A stretch of 64,000 nucleotides of DNA, taken from the NCBI GenBank assembly GCA_949358305.1, contig OX442314.1, forward strand, positions 19,530,001 through 19,594,000, given 5' to 3'. The number at the start of each line of letters is the position of its first letter. Position 1 is the first letter of the stretch. The translations under genes and the position numbers were made by a program. The notes below the pieces were generated by a model. It made no database searches. It was not told where the DNA came from and saw only the letters and a list, made by a program, of their open reading frames with translations. The stretch is from Strigamia acuminata (lineage: Eukaryota). Below, in pieces: positions 1 through 12,800 of the stretch.

Positions 1-3000
1 CGGCAGTTCCACTTCTCCGGACAAAACTGTGGTTGTTCAGTGGGATTCAGGTTCCCGAACAAATTACAGAGTCGGCTATCAAGGTGCTTACGACCTACGA
101 ATTCTAGATAATGCACCGATCGGTAAGGAAAAACGAGGCGGGATTTTTGCACGCAAACATTAAATCAATTTCTAATCGAAATTTTACGTAAAAACAAGAT
201 TTCGTACAATTTTATTTGTATTTCAAGGTGTTAAACATCCGAATATTATCTGTGACGCTTGTCGAAAGCATGGAATTCCCGGGATACGATGGAAATGTTC
301 ACGATGTTACGACTTCGACTTGTGCACACACTGTTACATGGCAGACAAACACGATCTGGCGCATCCATTTGTGCGAATTGAAACAGCGTCATCAGTCGGG
401 TTAGTATTTTGCCGAATGTTTCGTGTTTCCAAAGACTTAATTTTAATTTTTTAATTTTCTAATTTTCGGGTTAAAAGAGTGGAAATGCTTATAAGAGCTG
501 GTGCTTTGAAAATACAGGCTAAAGGAATTTTCGTGGGCGCTAAAGTCGTACGAGGACCCGATTGGGACTGGGGAAACCAAGATGGTTTGTATTTGACGAT
601 ATTAACATGAATATTTTAGTTGATTAATTTTTTTTTTTTTTTTTTTTTAAAAGGGGGAGACAGTAAAACTGGTCGTGTGATAGACATTCGTGGTTGGGAT
701 AATGAGTCGGGACGCAGTGTTGCTAATGTAACGTGGACATCTGGCTCTACAAACGTGTATCGGCTCGGTCATAAGGGAAAAGTCGATTTAAAATATATTC
801 AAGAAGCGTCCGGAGGATTTTATTACAGAGATCATTTACCCACTTTAGGTTTGCAAATTTTACGGCCGATTTTAGCGTTTAATTTATTTAATTTTATTTT
901 TTTTTAGGTGATATTGTTGAACAGCAAGCTGCGAGATCAATTACGTATAAACACACTTCGTTCAGCGTTGGCGACAAAGTAAAAGTCTTATTGGACGTGG
1001 AGATGTTAAAAGGCATGCAGGAAGGACATGGTGGATGGAATCCACGAATGGCAGAAGTTAGTTGAAATGTTTTAATTCGAAAACTTTCAGATTTAATTGT
1101 TTGTTTTTTTGCAGTACGTTGGAAAAATCGGAACTGTGCACCGCGTCACTGAACGAGGCGATATAAGAGTGCAATACGAAGGCTGCAACAACCGGTGGAC
1201 ATTTCATCCAGCAGCTTTAGCCAAAGTTGTATTTCATACGTTAAAAACTTGCAGTGCGTAACATTGCAATTGCAAAATTAAATTTCAGATTAATACTTTT
1301 GCTGTTGGGGACATTGTAAGAATACTAGACGACATGGTAAAAGTGAAAGAACTACAGAAAGGTCATGGAGAATGGATTGACATCATGAAAAATGTAAAAG
1401 ATTTATTATAAATTTATTATTATTATATTATTTTTATTATATTCAGGTGTTGGGCAAAACCGGTAAAGTTATAAAAGTTTATTCCGATGGCGATCTCAGA
1501 GTGAATGTCGAAGGACAGACATGGACTTTTAATCCTTTAACGGTAATTGCCATACCCGGTTCGGCAGCTGAACTGAGCAATACGATGACAGCTAACGAGA
1601 GAGAGGAACACACTAGTAAATACAAATTCTTAATTTATTTCTATTAGAAATTGTGATTTAATTGATTTTTGTGTCATTTCTAGATCCATTTACATCGTTA
1701 ATATCTCAGTTTTTGGAACAACATTTGGAAAGCACGACTGTTGACAGATTAGTGCGAGAAGCGGCTCAGGGTCACATCGATGTTATAAAGGAGTTATTAC
1801 AAAAATTTCCGGAAAAGGTAACAAAAATTTAATGTTTGTTTACTCATTATTTATTAACCTAGACATAATATTACATCGTTTATAGGTCGATACCAAGAGT
1901 TCTGGGAAAACAGCTTTACAAGTAGCTAGTCATCAAGGCCATCTTGAAATTGTAGCATTACTGTTAGCATGTAATGCGAATTTAGAGATTCAAGATGATG
2001 ATGGTGATACAGCTTTACATTATTCTGCATTTGGGTACTTAATATAATGATTTTACTTTTTGAAAAAGACACTTTTTTTAAAAATTATCTTTTTTTTAGA
2101 AATCAGCCAGACGTTATGAATACACTATTACAAAAAGGTGCAAATATTGATGCGGTGAACAAAGGCCATTGCAGTACATTACATGTTGCAGTCAACAAGC
2201 AACACATTGAATGTGTTCGAGTTTTATTAAGGCAAAATTGTAATATAAACATACAGGTAAGCGGTTACTTGAAAATTAACTATTAAACAGCAGATAGTTT
2301 AATTCGTACGTTGATTTAGGATTCATATGGTGACACTGCTCTTCACGATGCCATTGGAAAAGAAAATTTAGAGATTATAGATTTATTAGTAGAAGAACCA
2401 AGAATTGATTTCTCATTACGGAACAAAAGAGGTTTCAACGTTCTACATCACGCTTCATTAAAAGGAAACAACTAGTAATATAAAACAGATAAAATGTACA
2501 TCAAATTTTACATTTTTTTTATGTTATCGAATTAGTGCTGCAGAATGTCTTTTGACACGATCACGACAAATCGTTGATGTGAAAAAGGATGATGGTTTCG
2601 CAGCATTGCATTTAGCAGCTCTTAACGGCCATCGTCTGGTCGCCGAGACGCTTTTAACGCAGGTTTAAAGGAGTTTTAACTCGATGGTTAAAAGATTATT
2701 TAATTTTTTGTATTTTTTAATCTGATTAGGGTCAATGCGAAATCGATATCCGCAATAACCGTAAACAAACGCCTTTGTTACTCGCCATCAGTCAAGGGCA
2801 TATGTCTTTAGTCGAGTTATTGGTCACGATGGGTGCTCACGTTAATGCAGAAGATGAGGACGGAGATAATGGATTACATATCGCTCTAATGCGGCTTTCA
2901 CAGGGAACAACCGCTGAAAAATCTGACGGTGAAGCTCCAGCAATACAAGCAGTAAGAGTTTATTTTAAAAAAAAAAAATTTAAAAAAATATTTTTATATA

Positions 3001-3763
3001 TTTTTATTCAAATTTTGTAGATATTAACAGATATTGTAAACAAAGGAGTAGAAGCAAACGCATTTTTGGCAATCGCCTGCTTTTTGATTCAAGAAAACAC
3101 CGACCTCAGTCATCATAATCATAAAGGAAAAACACCGGTAGATTTAGTTGCAATTTCAGAAGTTAGAGATGTAATCAATTATCATTCATCACTTCAAGCG
3201 TAAGTTAAACGTTAAACCATTAAAGGTTTGTACTTATTAACTTTGTATTTTAGTGCTCAAGCTGAATCTGTCGAAGATACAACAGTTGTTAGTGAATCTA
3301 GTCCATTGGAAGCTATACCAGCTGAACAGGAGTGTTACATTTGTTCCGAAGTACCAGCAAATATCATTTTTGAACCCTGCGGTCATCAAGTTACGTGCGA
3401 AGATTGCTGCGTTCGTATGAAAAAATGCATTAGCTGTCAGTCGGCTATTTTGCAAAAGGTCTCCGCTGGAATTGGTAATGTCTAGCAACTTGAACGAAAT
3501 AAAAAAGGATAATATTTTGTATTGTTTTCTTAGGTGGACGACCTGCACCAATTAAACACCGGCAAGCTAGTTCTGAGCGATTACGCTATTTAGAAAGCAA
3601 AATACAGGAGATCGAGGAAGCGCACAGCTGTTCGATATGCATGGAGCGTCGCCGCAATGTTGCCTTTTTGTGTGGACACGGAGCTTGTGTGATATGTGCT
3701 CAGACTCTAAGAACGTGCCACATGTGTCGGAAACCAATTACCAAGAAGATTAATTTATACTAA
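1..3763 (+). CDS. MIB2: E3 ubiquitin-protein ligase mind bomb 2 (5'-truncated by window edge), 17 exons
   Basis: Manually spliced exons: <1-122, 228-399, 478-584, 654-848, 908-1056, 1115-1225, 1289-1393, 1447-1615, 1684-1817, 1886-2034, 2100-2256, 2320-2474, 2536-2662, 2730-2951, 3021-3199, 3254-3474, 3534-3763 (TAA 3761-3763). All introns are GT-AG and phases are consistent. Translation gives MIB/HERC2 ([23 protein letters not shown]), ZZ finger ([28 protein letters not shown]), second MIB/HERC2 ([18 protein letters not shown]), two MIB repeats ([18 protein letters not shown]), ankyrin repeats ([38 protein letters not shown]) and two RINGs ending [44 protein letters not shown]. The TNYRxGYQGA motif and two RINGs indicate MIB2 rather than MIB1. 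Confidence 0.96.
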
Positions 3764-4949
3764 TTTCTTGTGCTCTCCGTGTGAAATCGCGCCATTTTAT
3801 CATCCCATCATTTTAATTTCATAAAACTGTGATTGCATTATTTGCTGTGCTTAATGTTTTGTAGTGGTGGAAACAGCAACCATATATATCAGTTTACTCC
3901 ACGTGTGACGGTAAGTTAATAGCTGTTTTGCTGAAATCTCTTTGAAAATATATTCACAGTTTAAAACAAATACGTTTTGATTATTTGAAACTGATAAAAT
4001 TTTTTTTTTTCATTGCCATATTTATCTTGTCGTACCTGACAAAAATTTATGTTTATTTCTTTAAAAACACCACTTTATTTCATTGTAATTATTTCAGAAC
4101 AATAGATCTTTTATTTATTAATACAAATGTAGCTTAATAACCTTTTTATACAGTTTTTTTTATATTTATGTAAAAATTTAACGCAAAAAATATGAAATTC
4201 GTTTATTTTTTTTGTTCTAAATTATAATGTTTGAGCAAGTCGGTTCGAAGTGTGGCCTATGCTAATTGTACAATATTTTTCTAAAGAAAGATTACACACA
4301 CAAACAATTAATGTATTGCTGCTCTAGCTCTGTCACTTTTAATTCATGTATTCGTTGCCCTTTTTTAATCCGCATCTTTGTGATTGGAAATCATGTCAAC
4401 TGTAATAATTTTTTTTCTCGATGTTCCATTTCTTGTGTGTGATTTCGGTGTAAAGCAAAATATTAAGCTAATTAATATCTTCATTTCAATTAATTATGAT
4501 ACATTTGATGTATTTTTGAACGTAAAATATATTGCAATCGATTTCACTTGAAGGAGAGTATTTTTTTTTCTTCAGAAATTTAACATCCAAATTTAGTCAC
4601 TAATTTTACTCAAGAAAATCCAGAAAAAAAATTCAATACTTTGAAAAACAAATGAATATGCAAAAATAGGAGCTATAGTTTTCATCCAACTCGCTAGATG
4701 GTACCACTATAGTTTATAACGAGTCAAAAATAAGTTTACCCACAAATTAACCAGAATCAAGTTGAGGAAATTCTTTCTGTAGTGATCCAACAGGATGTAA
4801 TAATATTGTTTCCATCACAAAATTTGGTTTAAATACACGTTGAAATATGAAAACACATCTACAGGTGTTACTGTTTATATTTCAATTTGTCTACTAGATG
4901 CGAGGGGTGCGACAATCAGAATCTGCTTGTCAGAGATTCGAATCTTCTT

Positions 4950-5150
4950 TGGGATTCGAAAGATTCGGATGGGATTCGGAAAGATTCGGAAAGATTCGGG
5001 GGATTCGGCTGGGATTCGGGGGGATTCGGATAGATTCGGGGGATTCGGGGGGATTCGAATGAGATTCGGGGAGATTCGGATGGGATTCGGTGGGATTCGG
5101 CGGGATTCGGTGGGATTCGGCGGGATTCGGATGGGATTCAGAAAGATTCA
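4950..5150 (+). repeat. ~10-bp tandem minisatellite, unit approx. GGGATTCGGN
   Basis: Directly visible run of gattcgg units; a second block lies at ~5527-5622 on the same strand, inside the same MITE. Confidence 0.95.
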
Positions 5151-5398
5151 TATAATTTTTTTCAAATAAATTTAGTGAAGTGGGAATGTTTTTTTATTTT
5201 AATTTTAACTCTTAGTGAAATGTGGTAAAATACGAGGTAAAATAGCACGCAATCAAATGCAATCACAATTGCGAACAATGATGAATTCCGGGCTCGATTC
5301 CGGGATTAATTTGAAGTTCGCGCTAAATCATAAATGCGCATGCGCAGATACCGCGCAGCGAGGTGCGCAGGTATAATTTCTTCCGATGATGATTTTAC

Positions 5399-5448
5399 GG
5401 ACAATTTCAAGGACAATTTCAAGGACAATTTCAAGGACAATTTCAAGG
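5399..5448 (+). repeat. 12-bp tandem repeat (GGACAATTTCAA) x4
   Basis: ggacaatttcaa repeated four times inside the hAT MITE. Confidence 0.95.
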
Positions 5449-7041
5449 AAGTTTCTTTTAAAAATATTATTACATTTTTTAATCATAAATTTTGTTTTTA
5501 TTTATCTCGATTTGTATACAACTTAAAGATTCGAGATTCGAAGATTCGGTGGGATTCGGAAAGATTCGGGTGGGATTCGGAAAGATTCGGGTGGGATTCG
5601 GAAAGATTCGGGCGGGATTCGGAAGCCATTGTCAGAGATTCGGTCGAATGTCGCCCCCCTCGACTAGATGGCAGCGCTGTAGATGAAATCAATGTTTTTC
5701 CTAGTATACTACATTCCGGGTAATAGAACCAGCTGGTTGGTGTTATTACACGCAAGCTTCAACGTGGTGTGCTAGCCTATGCAAATGGTTACTTAATAAT
5801 CTGACAACCAGTTTGGGAAAAACCTTGTTTATACATTTGGAAACATTTTAGAAGGGAATTAGAATGCGTGTCCATTGACAACTGTTTGCGGAAGAGATTT
5901 GATATTCATCACTCCAGTGACAGGTAAAAGAAAAAAATGTTTGACACTTGATACGATCGTTTCTGTTGAGTTATTTCGCACAACTTTTAAGAACTTAGAA
6001 AATTTTATGTGAAAATGTACGAAATCGAATACGTAACATCGCTAAAACAACCGTTTGAGTGTTTTTGTTTTGTTTTTGCCAGTAAAAACTGGATTTTTGA
6101 ATTTTTTATGTAAACTAAACTTTATTATACTATAATAATTTTATACAACATCTTAAAAGGTAAATTCGTTATGATTCATTCAAGTTTTTTTAAATTTAAT
6201 TTAAAATCGTAACAATCCCAACATTGTAGCGCCATTACCCATTACTTATCTGTCAATGAATTAACGTGCTAAATCCAACCAATGTCATTACTACAGTACT
6301 TAAATTGTAGCAGTATAGGTGAATTTCCATACACAGTGTGCCGGTATTGATTTACAATATGTTCGAGGAATCTGTGGGTAATCATTGAAAGGCTACTATT
6401 TTACTCTTGATTTATAATTTTTTCTACAGTAATAACTCAGACAATTAATAAAAACCATCTAAAATTAACGACTACCGGTAATAAATAAAAATGAAACACT
6501 TTTTATGACTACTCCCTGTACTATTTTCCAGTTTTGGATTAAACCCTCTGGGAGACCCTAGTCGCACGCACTCTGAAGGCCCTCGTCGTAATGTGAAATG
6601 GTGTTGCTGTGTAACAACTAACAATATATAGATTTAGGCCGGTAGGCGTAACAGACCGAGTATAGTGTGTACACCAATTACCAATCAGACCGGCAGGGCG
6701 CTGAAATCGCATGCAGAGATTATTAAATTAACTGCTGTCTATGAACATAAACACAAACGTAATTAACGGACAATAGAGGCCTCTAAAGCCCATACCTGTG
6801 GTGAGTGGTGTTATTGGGATTTGAGTTGAGGGTTCCATTTATTGACATTCTATTATAACTTAAATGTACACTAAAACAGCACTTCTGAAACTATGTAATG
6901 TAGCAGACCAGCAATTGTTGTGGAACGGGAACCGAACATTGCTCTACTAACAAATAAAACTGTATAATCTTTGCATTTCAACGGTAAGGTGGCGAACAAG
7001 CAGCCTCGTGCTCGCGGACCACCACTTTGAGAAGCGCTGTA

Positions 7042-7334
7042 CAGGGTCGGAAACACAAATCTCCCCCCCCCCCAAAAAAAAAATGTTTAATTTAAAAAAG
7101 TCTAAAAAATATACTTTATATTATTTTATTTATATTTATAACCGCGCGAAATTCAAAACGCGTTCTAATTAAATCTAGAAAGAAGCGGTTCGTAATATAT
7201 TTTTTGTCACAAAGCTGTAAATGTTTATGCGACATCTTTTTGTGGGAAATGCAGATTTTTTGCAGATTTTTGTGGATTTTTTTCCGGCGGCCCTAAGCAA
7301 CTGCTTGTTTTGCTTTTACGTAAATTCGGCCCTG
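7042..7334. mobile_element. hAT-like MITE
   Basis: Ends cagggtcggaa ... ttcggccctg; 8-bp TSD gcgctgta (7034-7041) / gtgctgta (7335-7342), 7/8 identical. Confidence 0.75.
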
Positions 7335-8537
7335 GTGCTGTACTAAAAGAAACTGAACCATACATTATTTTTTTGGTCTATTTGTGTGAAAATTTCAATA
7401 AATCGATGGACAAGTAGCCTATTATTGAAAGTGCAATGTGATTTCATCGTATTGTTTGTCGAGTCATTCAGCAAAACGATTTAAGCATTCCTTCTCAAAA
7501 TGACCACGACTCTCCGCTTTTGCACGATTAATTCTTTTGAATTCCTCATTCGAGTGGCCAACTGCAACGCCAAAATGTTCGATCGGACTTCCGTCTGCAT
7601 CTTATCCCTAATCAAGCCAAGTTTTTTATCGACATTACCAGTGATGTGGGCCCAGCAATAAATTCCTATCGTATCATCAACAAAAAACATGAAAACATGC
7701 GAGTTTGATAAGCTATCAAGCTCTAGTCGACAAATGTGCAAACAACCACAAAAAAAGAATGACACAAGTAATTAGTCGTGATTAAATTAACATTTTTTTT
7801 CGTGGTAATTACCAAGAAGTTTTTTAAATTCAGTTTAATTCGCTATCTTGGGTAATTTCCCAAAATAATTCCAGCATTTAAAGTGCTGCATGATAAAAGT
7901 GCAATTTGAGAACGTGTGAACTCGCAATTAATGCGTTTGTAAGTTAGATGACATGTATTGATGTTGTAAATCTGCATTACAGTAGTTTTGCTTCTGTTGA
8001 CTTGTATTGTAATTTAGTGGATTCGTGTTTGTGTTTGTTGCTGTTGTGGATTTAATTTGCTTGTAAAAATCATATGATTGACTGATATTTAAAAATTTAT
8101 TCATTGCACTTGAATTTTAGTTTAAATTAGATCAGATTTTGTATTGATTTATAGTGCACATAAAGTATTAACAATACCTAGTTAAATTACGTAGTAGTTC
8201 GTTTAAAATGTATTATGAAATGATTAATATATGGGGGAGCTAACCTAAAAAATTGATATCACAACTTTTGGAAAGCTCTAGTTGGTGTTTTGCCAAAAAG
8301 CCACACTCATTTTCCTTGGATTGTCACAGTGCAGTTAACATTTAGAAAGATTTTTTTTCCCTCCCTTTGGGTAAATGTATGTTTCTAGAAACCTCTTTGC
8401 ACTCTACAACTGTCGTCAATTTGATAGCATTAGTGTTATCCCAGTAACCATATTTTAGTTGAGTTTAAACTCAATTGCTTTGTGCGTGCTGACTGATGCG
8501 AATATTAAAAAAGCGTTTCTTTAGATTTATTTAATTA

Positions 8538-8992
8538 CCGTATATTCTCGCGTATAGTGCGAAATATTTATGTCAAAATTAGTCCCTGTGTTTGGGGGGG
8601 TCGCACTATACGCGCGTAATAAAAAAAAAACAAAAAAAAGAAACGTACATAATACGTTTTTGGACGTTTCGTATTTCGTCCGTATTACGTGCGCATTTTT
8701 TTGGTATATAAATTCGGCCATCGCTTACAACAATCGAATAATGCAAGAATTCAACAATCCAACAATCAAACCAACCGAAAAAACTATCCAAATGAAGGAA
8801 AAAGAATTTTTTGGATTTTTAAATTACCTTTCACCTAAATAAATAAACTTTTCTTTATCATTTTTCCATTGTTGTGGCACACTACTAAGGTAACTCGCAT
8901 TATACGCGCGTACACCACTTATTAGCAAAAATAGCGCCTAAAATGGGGGGGTCGCATTATACGCGGGCCGCATTATACGCGAGGATATACGG
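8538..8992. mobile_element. Tc1/mariner-superfamily (Tc2-like) MITE
   Basis: TIR ccgtatattctcgcgtata / tatacgcgaggatatacgg, flanked by TA on both sides; internal cgcattatacgcg subterminal repeats. CCGTA termini are characteristic of Tc2-like elements. Confidence 0.85.
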
Positions 8993-9140
8993 TAAATTTT
9001 TTTTTTTGGTTTTGTTTTTTAATTTTTTTATTACTTTTCTTTGAGCATTTTAAAAAAAAAAAAATTGCTGTATGGAAAATTTTGTTTAAAAGTATAATAG
9101 CTATCTTAATATATTATTTTTCCAAATGTGGCTTGTATTC

Positions 9141-9777
9141 GACGAGGACCTAATTGGCGAGGGCCAGATGGGCAATATCTTATAAATCGCTTCCAAATTG
9201 GCAATAACCTTATTTGGCGCCGAATTTAAAATAATGTAATGTAATGATATTGGCGATACTTATTTATTTTAATTTTATCTCAAATTGGCAATGAATGCAA
9301 ATTGGCGATTGCACATTAATGTTTTGCGTACGTGAGACGTACATTTTGTGTATGTTGTGTGTAAAACAGTTTGCCTTATTAGAAGCAATTATTCCGAATT
9401 GATTCCGAATCGATTCCGTACAGCTAAAATGCTATGTATGTCGTGAAGTAATCAAGAAGTGCAAACACCTTCGTCGATTATTTGCCGAAAGTGCATTCAT
9501 TACATTTTAGATCATTAGCAGTATGTGTCCTTTCATTAAATAAAATAAAAAATTCATATCATTTATTCTTTATTGTTACTTCTTAAAAAATCACCACTTT
9601 GGGACAAAGTTTTTTAAAAATCGCCAATTTGGGACATTTTTTTTGCAGTCACCAATTTGAGAGAATATTGATTCTCAAAAATTTTATGTTTAATTACTTT
9701 AAAATCGCCAATTTGGAAGCTCGTCTATGCGGTCCCCATTTAATGGTTTTGACGCTCGCCAATTTGGTCCCTGCCTC
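9141..9777. mobile_element. Degenerate foldback-type DNA transposon with AATTGGCGA subterminal repeats
   Basis: Left end gacgaggacctaattggcgag versus reverse complement of right end gaggcagggaccaaattggcgag; several attggcga/attggcaa copies on the left and tcgccaattt copies on the right. No TSD resolved. Confidence 0.6.
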
Positions 9778-11319
9778 TTATATTATTTGCAAAAGTACCT
9801 TTTTCAAGATTAAAATGGCTTTACTATGTGCAAAAATGCCTTTTGTTAGGTACAGAAAACCCTCTTTTATGTACAGAAATGACTGCAAAAAAGGGCTATA
9901 GTTGCGAAAAGACAGAAACAATTGTAAAAATGTCTCGCTTTTTTTAAGGCACTGGGCCTTTGTAAGTGAGAGCCACTGTGTGGTTGCGAGCAAATCTACT
10001 CTGTCTTTTTGTACCAAAATAAGGTGAATAGTGTCTGGCATAAGAAAAGATGGTAGATTACAAAGAAATAATTGATGATGCCACCCCGTGGTCATAAACA
10101 TGAGATAATTAATATGGCAGTCTATTTTTCTTTTCTTCATCCGTCACCGTTTTCTGTCCACGATTTGGAACAGTAATTGCTTCAAGCACTTATGCAAGAA
10201 GCAGAAAACGATGTGAAAAAAATGTTTTCATTCTTCTAAATTCTAAAAATCCCACATGTCGAGCTTAATGGTCATTGTATACATTCTTTATCTATCACTC
10301 ATCCATTTTGAACTGCAGACATGATTTATGTTCAACCTTGGTTGAGAGGATTAAAAAGGACGCTCGACAGGTGAAATCAAACACTTAATTATAATCAAGC
10401 TTCATTAACATTATGATGATCGTCTTAAAGTTTAGTTTGTCTTTGAAAATGAAGATTTTTCGGAAATTAAAAGCATTTCGCTTCGGCAAACATTTTACGA
10501 TCGACGTCTTCCCATGTTTTATTGCTTTCAATTGTTCGGCATATCATAAAAAGGTATTTGAAAGACGAAAGCCTCCGCGAAATAAAAATAGAACCAGGAA
10601 ATCCAGACATTTGTTGCGTTTATTTATCTCCGCAGCGCTTTACGATTCGAACAAATACAATTTAGTAAATCGAACAATTTACATTCACTTCGGGGGGGGG
10701 GGGGGGGGGGTATTCTTGAAGTTTTTTTTTATATTTTTTTTATTTTCATAAGAACATTCCAAGTAAATTTCTAGAAATGTTCACATTTCCTGGTACCTTC
10801 GAACCTGAATTCAAATTTTAATATGAAAAGAAGAAGCGTTGCAAACAACAAAAGAAAGTAATTACTAGATGTGGGCATTTTTTTGTTTGTGTGTGTTAAT
10901 TTTTCGCATTGGGGATAATTAAAATGGACGTAAGGGAAAGTCATGACAAAGACTAAACGTGATTTTTAAATTTATTCTTTTGTGAACTTTTTCAGAGAGA
11001 CAAAATTGGAGAAGGGCTTAAATTTTTAATAGGCTTATATCCGGCACCGCAGCTATAGATCTTTTTTTTTCTTCTTCGGGGAAGTGTTTCAACCAATTGC
11101 GAAAAGTGCCAGATATGAAAAGTCGTTTTTTATAAACAAAATTAACTAATGACAGGCCACCAACTATGGGAGTCAGTATTTGAATAATGGGCAACGATAA
11201 ATAGAATTTACACTACGGTAGCTGCATTCATAAAGTCGTGTTTCACTGGCAGTTAAACATGTTTTGATGTTTAAATGTTTGGCGCATGCCCATTGCTACT
11301 GAAAAGTGCATCAATTATT

Positions 11320-11524
11320 GGAACACCGGTTATCTGAACGATTGGTTATCCGAACAGTGGTAATCGATTTATTTATCGATTTTTTTTAATGCTTTTTACC
11401 GATTTTTATCTGTTTTTGATCAGTTTTAAATGCTTTTTAACGATTTTTGATTTTCATATGTGAACAAATCGGTTTTATGGACACCTATGTCTCCCAATTA
11501 GTTCGGATAGTCGATGCTCTACTG
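11320..11524. mobile_element. pogo/Tigger-like MITE, left end eroded
   Basis: Right end gttcggatagtcgatgctctactg followed by TA; left ggaacaccggttatctgaac and ttatccgaac are complementary subterminal motifs. Confidence 0.6.
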
Positions 11525-11579
11525 TAAATCGGTCCCCATCGAGACAATCAGTTTGAAAAGCAGTTTAAATATCGTATTA

Positions 11580-11765
11580 CAGTCGAGACTTGTTATAATG
11601 AATCGCCAGGGACCCGAAAAATCTGTTCGCTGCAACAAAAGTTTGTTTTTCAAAATTTTATAACATGGTTGTTCTGTGGCCAACCAACCAAGCCATTTTT
11701 ACGTATTCGTTTCGTTATAACAAAAAATTCGTTATATCGTGGTTCGTTATCACGAGGTTCGACTG
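11580..11765. mobile_element. pogo/Tigger-like MITE (family also at 34645 and 61701)
   Basis: TA|cagtcgagacttgttataa ... ttatcacgaggttcgactg|TA; internal ttcgttata repeats and ggccaaccaacca core are shared with the other copies. Confidence 0.85.
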
Positions 11766-12589
11766 TATGCATACATATATTGAGTTCCAATTTCAATATA
11801 TTTCAATATATTTTGAAATACTTTTGAAAATGTATTTTAAAATGTATTTTGTACTTTGCTTTGAAGGGCATGCCTTAAAATTCAAGTTTGACTAGATTTG
11901 GCTGGTCCTTTTTACGACATGCCATAAAAGTTGAATTCCTGCCGAAAAAACTGTTACGTTTAACAAGACAACGTCCCTTGATAAAACCTCTCAAAATTTG
12001 TGTATATGAATAAATATAAAAGTCTATGGCTGTTCAAGAATATTTAGTTTCTATATCAGTATATATAAATAATATGTCACTGAGCATCGTCTGTGGACTT
12101 GTATACTTCAACATTATATGTGAAACCAATCTTCTTTTACAATTTAAAGTTTTTGCAAGTCAATATACACAATTCCCGTATGTACAAAAGTGTTGCTAGG
12201 GAAGCGGGGGGGGGGGGGGCGAATCTGCTTTCAGCAGCTCTGCCACCATGTTTAAACACTAACTTCTTATTGACAAAAAATAGGGTGCTTCAAATTTTAT
12301 CTTTTTGGGGCGCGTTTTATCCGGCATTGCTAGATAATTCGAATTATTTGGCAGCCTGTTGAGACTCACGATTTTAGGGCATGCCCTCTAAAGGGGGGTA
12401 GTACGGTATGTTGTTTCAATGGCTGTTTGGTCTAAATTACTTTATGGATGTGCCTAATGACGCTTGGGAAATCTGGGCACTGGCATCAAATGGGACCCCA
12501 TCGATTCATAAAAATATAATAAATCAAAATACCGAAAAAATCGGTGATTTTAATGGAAAAATCACCATTTTTCGCGAAAAATGGGTGAT

Positions 12590-12800
12590 TTTTTGGTTAT
12601 GCGCCGGGCCCGAATAAACACCGGGCTTCAAATTGGCGCCGGCGGGAGAAGCGATTCAAAAAAGAATTAAACGTCCGGGTTATTAAACGGGGCGGTACGG
12701 TACGCATAAAAATGTTTTTTTTTATCTTTTTATCTGGGGCCCCTAGAAATCTGGGGCCCTGGGTAAGTGCTTAGTGTTCCCACATTACTATGCGCCACTG
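12590..12800. mobile_element. Adjacent DNA-transposon end fragments (Tc2-like end at 12700, hAT-like end at 12800)
   Basis: ttaaacggggcggtacgg|TA resembles the CCGTA-type terminus; ggggccc repeats followed by ctatgcgccactg resemble the CAGTGGCG terminus of hAT MITEs (similar end at ~61101). Partner ends not resolved. Confidence 0.5.

Larger units (their letters stand above)
4901..5662. mobile_element. Non-autonomous hAT-like DNA transposon (MITE) with internal GATTCGG minisatellite
   Basis: TIRs cgaggggtgcgacaatc (4901) and gaatgtcgcccccctcg (ends 5662), 15/17 match; perfect 8-bp TSD actagatg at 4893-4900 and 5663-5670. 8-bp TSDs are typical of hAT. Confidence 0.9.

Noticed and set aside
1..3763. 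MIB1 assignment; ORF-track ORFs 216-404 and 3237-3551 as separate genes
   Set aside because: [13 protein letters not shown] and only two RINGs fit MIB2; those ORFs are an off-frame and an antisense shadow of MIB2 exons.
4950..5625. CRISPR-like or telomere-like array
   Set aside because: Units are ~10 bp, head-to-tail with no unique spacers, lie within TIRs and a TSD, and the context is eukaryotic.
4840..5755. ORFs 4840-5169, 4930-5151, 5334-5723, 5492-5686, 5498-5755 with repetitive peptides
   Set aside because: They are translations of the GATTCGG and 12-bp tandem repeats inside a MITE, not genes.
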